A stretch of DNA of 64,000 nucleotides from Porphyromonadaceae bacterium UBA7042 (GTDB taxonomy: Bacteria; Bacteroidota; Bacteroidia; Bacteroidales; Muribaculaceae), in the NCBI GenBank assembly GCA_002494015.1, contig DLAR01000031.1, positions 55 to 64,054 of the forward strand. The letters are read 5' to 3'. The notes beneath the pieces were generated by a model. That model did not search any database. It was not told the origin of the DNA and saw only the letters and a list, made by a program, of their open reading frames with translations. Both the position numbers and the translations under genes were made by a program. Below are positions 34,748 through 41,434 of this stretch, one piece after another. Each line of letters opens with the position of its first letter. The stretch's first letter is position 1.

Positions 34748-36247
34748 TTACTCCGTGGCAGGGAATTCCTCGGCCGGCGTTGTCTCACGGTTGCGGTGGG
34801 CGTCCTTCAGGCGGCGGGACAGGTCGCTTTCGCTCTGTTTTTTAGCCTTGCTGCCTTGGTTGCGGTTGTCAGAAGGAGTCTGGGATTCAAAAATGTTGCG
34901 AATCTGTGCCGCGCGTACTGAATCGGCTGCGGAAATCGAGTCGCGGCGGGCTTGCTCGACACGGGCCGAGTGGCCGCGATAGATCAATACTGTTGCAATA
35001 ACGACAACGACTCCGATGATGATGCCGATAATTATGCCGTTCATGCCGTTGCCGCGTCGTGAGGACGGAGTGTAGTTGCGGCGGGTGGCATTGACGTCAA
35101 AGCGACCGTTTCCGCCGTTGCCATTAATCGGCGGCACGGGAGGAACCGGCGGCACAGGGGGAGCCGGCGGTTTCACGGGTGTCGGACCGTCGTTCACGGC
35201 TACAATATCGATGTCATCATCGCTCAGCAGAATCTCGGGGATGTCATTGTCGGTCACCACTCCGTCGCCGGTTACAGGTGGCGGCGGTACAACTGCGTGC
35301 CCTTTGCTGTCAAGGTCTTCGAGGAATCGCTCGATAGAGGGGGTGCGGGTGTTAGGGTCAAATGCCATCGCGTTGATGATGGCCATGCGGGTGGAGGTCG
35401 AGAGCTTGGCCGGGAGATAACGGTTTATCCATTCCGGGTTGATCTGGTCGGCCGCGTCGGGGTCTTTGCCGGTCAATAGGAAAAATAGTGTCGCACCGAG
35501 GGCATATATGTCGAGACGAGGGTTGAACGACGAGGTACCGCATGTCTGCTCGTAGGGGGCGTAACCATAGGTGAATCCGCGCAGTGTGGAACCCACAGTC
35601 GCCTTGCCCGAGCGGTCAAAATGGACGGCAGTGCCGAAGTCGATGAGAACCGGGTATTCGGTGCCGGTAAACTCGTCGCGTTTCATGATGATGTTGCTCG
35701 GTTTCAGGTCGAGGTGCAAGAGCCGGTGAGGTTCGCTGTGAAGGATTTTCAACGCACCTGCAATCTCTCGGATGATGGCCACGGCATGTTGCTCGTCAAG
35801 ACGGCCGCCGTTGTCGCGCACATAATTTTCCAGATCGCCGCCGTCGAGATATTCCATTACATAATAGAATGTGTCGTTGGCGCGGAAAATCTCGTTGACG
35901 CGCACGATGCGGTCGCTGAGGGCGCAGATGCCGTGCAGCCGCCGGGACTCAAGCTCAAAATCCCGTGCCGAGTTGTTGACCTCGGTACGGGTTGTCTTGG
36001 GCGCAATCATCGTCGAGCCGTCGTCGTCACGATAGCATCCTTTCTGAAAATAGAAAAACTCCTTGATGGCATACTGGCATTTGCGCGGGATGTTTCCGTC
36101 ATAGACCACCGATGACGCACGGTAGACTATCCCGAAAGCACCTGAGCCGAGCGCCTCCTCGATGGTGTAGACGTGGTGTTCGGACTGTAGCCGGGTTCCC
36201 GGTTTAAGTGCGCTGTCCTGCAAAATACTCGATTGGTTGTCGGACAT
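34748..36247 (-). CDS. Hanks-type Ser/Thr protein kinase: Pro-rich linker, single TM, short charged C-terminal tail
   Basis: GSGAFGIVYRA (G-loop), YAIKEF (catalytic Lys), HLDLKPSNI, DFGTA, YAPYE. Then PPAPPVPPVPPVPPINGNGGNG, TM GIIIGIIIGVVVVIATVLIY, and a ~77-aa Arg/Lys/Ser-rich tail. Confidence 0.9.
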   Translation of the reverse strand: MSDNQSSILQDSALKPGTRLQSEHHVYTIEEALGSGAFGIVYRASSVVYDGNIPRKCQYAIKEFFYFQKGCYRDDDGSTMIAPKTTRTEVNNSARDFELESRRLHGICALSDRIVRVNEIFRANDTFYYVMEYLDGGDLENYVRDNGGRLDEQHAVAIIREIAGALKILHSEPHRLLHLDLKPSNIIMKRDEFTGTEYPVLIDFGTAVHFDRSGKATVGSTLRGFTYGYAPYEQTCGTSSFNPRLDIYALGATLFFLLTGKDPDAADQINPEWINRYLPAKLSTSTRMAIINAMAFDPNTRTPSIERFLEDLDSKGHAVVPPPPVTGDGVVTDNDIPEILLSDDDIDIVAVNDGPTPVKPPAPPVPPVPPVPPINGNGGNGRFDVNATRRNYTPSSRRGNGMNGIIIGIIIGVVVVIATVLIYRGHSARVEQARRDSISAADSVRAAQIRNIFESQTPSDNRNQGSKAKKQSESDLSRRLKDAHRNRETTPAEEFPATE

Positions 36248-36274
36248 TATTTCGTTCTGTTGATTCTGTCGTTT

Positions 36275-36805
36275 TTAGTTGAGAATGAGAAGGGTGGAGC
36301 CGAGCATCAGGCGGTCGCCTCGGTTGAGAGCGGCAGGACGTCCCGGGAAACAAGGTATGTCGTTGATAGTGACGGGATTGGTTGCGTTTAGGACTTCGAG
36401 CGTATGGGCAAACCCGCCGGGAACGGCAGTTGTGGTGATTGCTACCGAGCGGCGTGACATCATTCCGTCGTCGTCAATCTGAATGTCGCTGGGCTGGTAG
36501 ATGTCGGCGCGGCCGAGTGTCACGGTCCCTTCGGGGAGCACTGCCCCGGAGCGTCCGTCAATGGGAAGACCGTCGGCTCGGCGCAGATAGTGTGGCACTG
36601 CGGGTTCATGTTCAGGAAAGGGGAGCGGAGAGGTGACGGGAGCTTTGACAGGCGTGGCAGCACACGCCTCGGGCGGGAAATTTATAATCATTACCTTGCC
36701 GCAGGCCGGGCAGCGGAGCCGTCCCACTCCTGCCGACGCGGGAGGACGCACGCTGAGCGTCATCCCGCAGTCGGGGCAAGTGATTTTGAGGATTTTCTGA
36801 GCCAT
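36275..36805 (-). CDS. Zinc-ribbon plus FHA-domain protein
   Basis: N-terminal CPDCG...CPACG (two CxxC pairs). The C-terminus is FHA-like: ..VTLGRAD..DIQIDDDGMMSRRSVAI...NATNPVTINDI...LNRGDRLMLGSTLLIL. It is divergent from the consensus (SRRS instead of SR.H). Confidence 0.65.
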   Translation of the reverse strand: MAQKILKITCPDCGMTLSVRPPASAGVGRLRCPACGKVMIINFPPEACAATPVKAPVTSPLPFPEHEPAVPHYLRRADGLPIDGRSGAVLPEGTVTLGRADIYQPSDIQIDDDGMMSRRSVAITTTAVPGGFAHTLEVLNATNPVTINDIPCFPGRPAALNRGDRLMLGSTLLILN

Positions 36806-36831
36806 TGTGATGAAACGAGAGGGTGGAAAAA

Positions 36832-37752
36832 TCAGGAGATAATGTCGCCGCTATAGGCTTCGCCTAGAGAGTCGGTGTGGTCGTTGTCGGCATCGTAGGC
36901 CAGATAGTCGGGCGCGGGATTCATGTCGAGGAGCGCGTCGTCTACTGTCATTTCAAAAGGAGTTCCTTCAGTACTGTCTGCAAATTCGCCGCCATCGGTG
37001 ATGGTATCAAATGTTCCGTCGCCGGTAGTGTCGACGAGAAAACCTTCGGCTCCGTTCTCCAGATGGAAGGATGCCTGTGTTGCCTCGGAGCCATCGACCA
37101 TGTAGACGGTTCCGATTTCATCGAATGTCAGCACGGCATCAGGGTCGATGTCGAAATCGTCGACTTGCTCCACGTCGAGGATTTCCATCGCGACAAGGTC
37201 GGGGTCTTCGGGAGGCAGAACTTTGCCGTCGACGATAATCTGGTCAATGTCGATGGGTTCTTCGGGTTCTTCGGGTTTTTCCGGGGTGTGGGGTTCGTCG
37301 GGAATGTTATTTCCGCCATTTCCGCTGTTACCGCTGTTGCCTCCGTTACCGCTGTTGCCTCCGTTACCGGTATTGTTGTCAGAATTGTTGGTGTTCTGGG
37401 AGGATGTTCCGGTAGAGCCGGAAGTGCCCTGAATATTGTCTTGGTTTTCGTGCTGTTCGGCGTGTTGTCCCGATGTCGAGTTTCCGTTATTGCCGTTTCC
37501 GGTGTGGCCGGAATTTCCCTGAGTGGCAGAAGCGGCCACGCCGCCTCCGGCAACCTGTGATGCGATTTCTTCGGGAGTGAGGTTTTCATCGTCGTGGTCT
37601 GAGCCGTCGAAAATCTCGTTGGCTGCGGCTACCGCGCCACCTCCCAAGATTGCGGCACCTCCCATCATCGCGGCACGTTTTGCGGCTTCGTTGTCTTTTG
37701 TCGACTTGGTTGCTACACGCTGGGTGTTCTTATTGGTGTTCTGAGTATCCAT
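36832..37752 (-). CDS. Acidic low-complexity protein with Gly-zipper hydrophobic segment and Gly/Asn/Ser repeats; function unknown
   Basis: Basic N-terminus, AAMMGGAAILGGGAVAAA, then GNGGNSGNGGNSGNSGNGGN (18-bp DNA tandem repeat at 37330-37365), PEKPEEPEEP, and a strongly acidic (Asp/Glu-rich) C-terminal half. I recognise no domain. Confidence 0.6.
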   Translation of the reverse strand: MDTQNTNKNTQRVATKSTKDNEAAKRAAMMGGAAILGGGAVAAANEIFDGSDHDDENLTPEEIASQVAGGGVAASATQGNSGHTGNGNNGNSTSGQHAEQHENQDNIQGTSGSTGTSSQNTNNSDNNTGNGGNSGNGGNSGNSGNGGNNIPDEPHTPEKPEEPEEPIDIDQIIVDGKVLPPEDPDLVAMEILDVEQVDDFDIDPDAVLTFDEIGTVYMVDGSEATQASFHLENGAEGFLVDTTGDGTFDTITDGGEFADSTEGTPFEMTVDDALLDMNPAPDYLAYDADNDHTDSLGEAYSGDIIS

Positions 37753-37791
37753 GATTTTAAATTTTAATTGTTATTGTTTTTGTTTCTGATG

Positions 37792-37799
37792 CAAAGATA
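37792..37799 (-). promoter_or_regulatory. -7 box (TATCTTTG on minus strand) upstream of the acidic-protein/FHA/kinase genes
   Basis: CAAAGATA on the plus strand, 40 nt upstream of the ATG at 37752. Confidence 0.4.
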
Positions 37800-37873
37800 A
37801 TGTGTCGCATCACGGGGAAGCAAATTTTTCAAGGCTTCCGTTTCGGGTTAGAGGGATTTATTGACGAATCGCC

Positions 37874-38611
37874 CTATTTGGCTGACGAGGGTTCGGCGTC
37901 CCAAGTGCAGATGACTTTGTCCATCATGCCGACAGGAGCAATCAGTTGAGGGTGTTGCTGGTCGTCAGAGCGTTTTACAACGTCGGCAAACACATATTTG
38001 AACAGCTCTTTTATCGTTACCTGCTGGTTGCTGTCATAGTCGCCGCGTCCGCGCATTCCTTTGAGCAGTCCTTTGGTAAAGAATCCTTGTCCTGCGATTG
38101 TTGACTCGATGGAAAGTTCGTTTCCACGGCAGGAGGTAAATATGGCATATCCTTCTTTGGCCTTAGGCTTTCCGCCGTTATTGAGCTGGTTGACAATCGT
38201 TCCGGCCATGCACGCGTCAATGAGTATTATTTTTTCCTTGGCCGCCGAGCGGTCGAGTAGGGCGAAAAGGTTGGAGTAGGGAACTAATCCGTCACTTGCC
38301 AAGAAATTGTTTTCGCAGCCGTGTCCCGAGAAATAGAAAACAACACGGTCGTCGGCCTGCGCGCGGTTGCAGATGGCGCGGAGCTTGCTGAGGATGTTTT
38401 CTCGGTTGGCATACTTGCTTGTAAGCAGAGTCACGTCAGGGGTCTGCGTCTTCATCAGTTTGGCAAATGCTTTGGCGTCTTTGGTGGTCTGTGCCAGATT
38501 TATGGTTGAGTCGCCATAGTTGGAAACGCCGCACACGAGTACGAATGTGCGCGCACCGGCAATGGGTGCGAGCATGACACAGAAAAGCAAAATTAAAAGA
38601 AGTCGTTTCAT
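37874..38611 (-). CDS. Secreted caspase-like cysteine peptidase (family C14)
   Basis: ATG at 38611 gives the signal peptide MKRLLLILLFCVMLAPIAGA. The catalytic dyad context is ..VVFYFSGHGCEN.. (His) and ..IILIDACMAGT.. (Cys, caspase QACxG-like). Confidence 0.75.
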   Translation of the reverse strand: MKRLLLILLFCVMLAPIAGARTFVLVCGVSNYGDSTINLAQTTKDAKAFAKLMKTQTPDVTLLTSKYANRENILSKLRAICNRAQADDRVVFYFSGHGCENNFLASDGLVPYSNLFALLDRSAAKEKIILIDACMAGTIVNQLNNGGKPKAKEGYAIFTSCRGNELSIESTIAGQGFFTKGLLKGMRGRGDYDSNQQVTIKELFKYVFADVVKRSDDQQHPQLIAPVGMMDKVICTWDAEPSSAK

Positions 38612-38651
38612 TTTTATGATTATTTCAGTGTGTTGATAAGTCAAGTAAAGA

Positions 38652-39026
38652 TTATTTGGCACTTGAAGCAAATGCTTGTGCAATCGCCTTTTTGTAGCCT
38701 TTGAGCAAGTCTTTGGGCACGGAGAGGGAGTAGGCGTTTTTACCTCGGTCGCTGAGTGTGAGTTTCTGATTGAGGACGCTGATGCGGGTAAGGTATCGCT
38801 GGTTGATTATCAGGCTGCGCCCCATGCGGGCAAAGATGCCGGGACGGTCCTTGGGCATGGAGTCTCGGATCATGGTTTCAAGGCGTGACAGTCCGAGGGT
38901 CAGCAGCAGGGACTGACCTTCGATGTACATTACTTCGGTGTAGTTTCCCTGAGCCCTGAGATAAGCAACTTTTTCAAGGTCGATGATGATTAGCTCATCA
39001 CGGGAGTTTATGCATAGTCTTGGCAT
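38652..39026 (-). CDS. Stand-alone LytTR-family DNA-binding protein (no receiver domain)
   Basis: 124 aa: ..DELIIIDLEKVAYLRAQGNYTEVMYIEGQSLLLTLGLSRLE......F.R.GRSLIINQRYL.. is the LytTR pattern. Confidence 0.75.
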   Translation of the reverse strand: MPRLCINSRDELIIIDLEKVAYLRAQGNYTEVMYIEGQSLLLTLGLSRLETMIRDSMPKDRPGIFARMGRSLIINQRYLTRISVLNQKLTLSDRGKNAYSLSVPKDLLKGYKKAIAQAFASSAK

Positions 39027-39053
39027 GGCGGTGTGATTTTTATTAATAAGGTT

Positions 39054-39908
39054 TTACATGATTTCTTCGGGAGTAAAGGTATCGGTAGCAATGACTTTGT
39101 CAGTGCCGTAAAGGACATATTCATAGCAGATTGAGTATCCGTGTCGTAGCGGGACTGACAGCGAGGGGTCGTCAGTATAGCCGTCATGAAGTGACCCGGC
39201 TGTCTCACGGTGGTTTGCGGCAACGTTTTCAGCCAAGTCGGCATAATCATCAGCCGTCCCGGGGAGTGACATGACGTATGTGATTTTGCGGCCGACGTGG
39301 TCGGTGCGGATTTCGGCGATGTCAATTTCTTCGGAATTATCGGTTATGCCGTTTTTGCGGGCGAGATTGATCAGCAAGTCAACTTCGGCTTCGGGTGAGG
39401 CGAAAATGCTGTCAAGATACTCTTTGTTAGGGGTAATGGATGCGATGACTTTCTCGGTCGCGTCGGGAGTGCCTTTGGTGCCGATAGCAAGGACTACAAA
39501 TGTCAATGGGGGCCGGGTAAAGGCATATATTTTACCTGAAACCGTTTCTCCCTCGGCCGTTCCGTCACAGTCGGCGACCAGAGTTTCCATTCCGGCAACA
39601 GTGGCAGTGTGGGGTGCGCCGATGTTGAGACCCGGGATTGAGGTCGAGAAGTTTTCGTTAATCTGCATTGATAGGAGCGATTCGGCACTGTCCTGATACA
39701 ACGCTCCGAAAGTGACGATTACGTTGTTGCCGTCTATGCTTGAAATTGATACGGCCGAGATGATTTCGTTTTCTTCAGCGGGTTCGTCAAGATAGCCTGT
39801 CGGGGTATCGAGTGAAAACAGTTGGGTGTTGACATGGTGTGTGTTGTCACAAGCAGTCAGGAGCATCACCGACACAATGAGTAAAAAGGCTTTATTGAAA
39901 AAATTCAT
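39054..39908 (-). CDS. Lipoprotein of unknown function
   Basis: Lipobox VMLLTAC. 284 aa, acidic, no recognisable motif. It is the first gene of the module. Confidence 0.6.
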   Translation of the reverse strand: MNFFNKAFLLIVSVMLLTACDNTHHVNTQLFSLDTPTGYLDEPAEENEIISAVSISSIDGNNVIVTFGALYQDSAESLLSMQINENFSTSIPGLNIGAPHTATVAGMETLVADCDGTAEGETVSGKIYAFTRPPLTFVVLAIGTKGTPDATEKVIASITPNKEYLDSIFASPEAEVDLLINLARKNGITDNSEEIDIAEIRTDHVGRKITYVMSLPGTADDYADLAENVAANHRETAGSLHDGYTDDPSLSVPLRHGYSICYEYVLYGTDKVIATDTFTPEEIM

Positions 39909-39957
39909 GATTAAGCGGTTTTAACGATTGGTTTTGATTGGTTTAAATATCGAAAGG

Positions 39958-39965
39958 CAAATATA
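39958..39965 (-). promoter_or_regulatory. -7 box (TATATTTG on minus strand) for the lipoprotein-LytTR-caspase genes
   Basis: CAAATATA on the plus strand, 50 nt upstream of the ATG at 39908. Confidence 0.4.
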
Positions 39966-40064
39966 CAAAAAGATTTGGATAGAAACACAATAATAGTTAA
40001 AATTTTAAACCGTTGCGATGAACTCAATCGCTAAAATCGCTCAATCGCGATGCTATTAATATGA

Positions 40065-40763
40065 TTATTGAGAGAGCAGGGGAAGGTAGCGGGAGGTGGA
40101 GACAACGTGGCCCGAGCGGCTGACGGTTACATGTTTAGTCCCCGAGGGGTCGGTTTCAAGAGATATGTCGAGTGGGAGGGTCGGTATCGGTATAGAGCTT
40201 GTGACGGTCAGTTTCAGCTCGGTGGAAAGTATGTCGATATGGAATCTCAGCGGAGCTGTTGTGTCGTTGACAATACGCAGGTCTTTGAATCCGTAAAAGA
40301 CGGTTGCGTCAGTTCCGAGAGGAGCGAAACGTGTCTCATCGGTATAAAGGTCGACAGAGTGATTGTGTCGCTCGGCTACTTTCCAGCCGGCCAGCAGTGC
40401 GGCGTGGTGGATTATGCCTGAAATCTGACACAGGCCGCCTCCGCGGTCAGTTGTGGCGATTCCGGCGCGGATACTGCGTCCTTCCACGAATCGCGAAGGG
40501 TCGTTGGGGTTGCCGACAATGCGCCAGAACGAGAAAGTTTCGTCAGGCAAGACGATGACCCGGTTTATGAGCCGTGCAGCCTCGCGCAGGTTGTGTTTCT
40601 TGGCCTCAAGAGTGGGCGACGGCATGAATGGTTGTGTTAATATAAGGGTGTGGGGCATGAGGGTAGAGGTGTCGCGTTTCCGGGCAAAGCATGAAGAACT
40701 GAGCGCGTCACGGAACCGTGTCGCGGCCATGCGCAGCGTTGATTTCAGGGCGAGAAGATTCAT
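40065..40763 (-). CDS. VanW-family protein
   Basis: ..LPDETFSFWRIVGNP....GR.I..G......GGGLCQISG.IHHAALLAG..V.ERHNHS is the VanW core. The ATG overlaps the upstream stop (ATGA). Confidence 0.7.
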   Translation of the reverse strand: MNLLALKSTLRMAATRFRDALSSSCFARKRDTSTLMPHTLILTQPFMPSPTLEAKKHNLREAARLINRVIVLPDETFSFWRIVGNPNDPSRFVEGRSIRAGIATTDRGGGLCQISGIIHHAALLAGWKVAERHNHSVDLYTDETRFAPLGTDATVFYGFKDLRIVNDTTAPLRFHIDILSTELKLTVTSSIPIPTLPLDISLETDPSGTKHVTVSRSGHVVSTSRYLPLLSQ

Positions 40764-41434
40764 TGTCGGGTGAGTTCTACAACAATATAGGAACTGTATT
40801 CTTTCAGTGGCGAGCGGGTGAGAACAGAGTCGAAGCCCCGCATGAACCGGCGCATAAAGGATGGCAGTCGGTGGACGGGGAGCATCATTATGCCTCCGCT
40901 GCGTGAGAGAGAGAAACCGTTGTCACCGGCAAGCGCAGCAACCGAAGCGATGGACATCGACGTGTCACCATGCCATCCCGAGGGCGGGCGGCGCGCCATG
41001 CAGCGGCGCAGGCGGGAGGGGATGTCGAAAATCAGCCGTCCGCCGGGGTGTAGGAGCCTGTGGGCCTCGGTAAGAATGCCGCTTATTTCATCGATTCCAA
41101 GGTGCATCATCAGGTGAAAGGAGTAGATGGTTGAAAACTCGCCGTCGGCAAACGGGGTGGCGTTTCCGAGCGCGTGTTCAAGACGCATTGCGGGGTGTTT
41201 CGCGCGGGCGATTTCAAGCATTTCGCTGCTCGCATCGACTCCGGCAGTGGCAAAGTCGAGCAACCGTCCTGTGCCACAGGCGATTTCAAGGGTCTTCTCC
41301 CCCTCGTCTCCGACTTTCCACCTTCTTAGCAACTGCCGTTCCTGCGTGTCAATATACTGTCCGTAGGAATTACCGAATCGGTCATCGTCATATTGCCGCG
41401 CAATACGGTCGTAATAATCAACAACTTGGTTCAT
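40760..41434 (-). CDS. Class I SAM-dependent methyltransferase
   Basis: YYDRIARQYDD.., motif I LEIACGTGRL, ..LHPGGRLIFD. The ATG at 41434 overlaps the upstream stop (ATGA). The 41506 start in the ORF track is upstream of that stop and unlikely. Confidence 0.8.
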   Translation of the reverse strand: MNQVVDYYDRIARQYDDDRFGNSYGQYIDTQERQLLRRWKVGDEGEKTLEIACGTGRLLDFATAGVDASSEMLEIARAKHPAMRLEHALGNATPFADGEFSTIYSFHLMMHLGIDEISGILTEAHRLLHPGGRLIFDIPSRLRRCMARRPPSGWHGDTSMSIASVAALAGDNGFSLSRSGGIMMLPVHRLPSFMRRFMRGFDSVLTRSPLKEYSSYIVVELTRQ

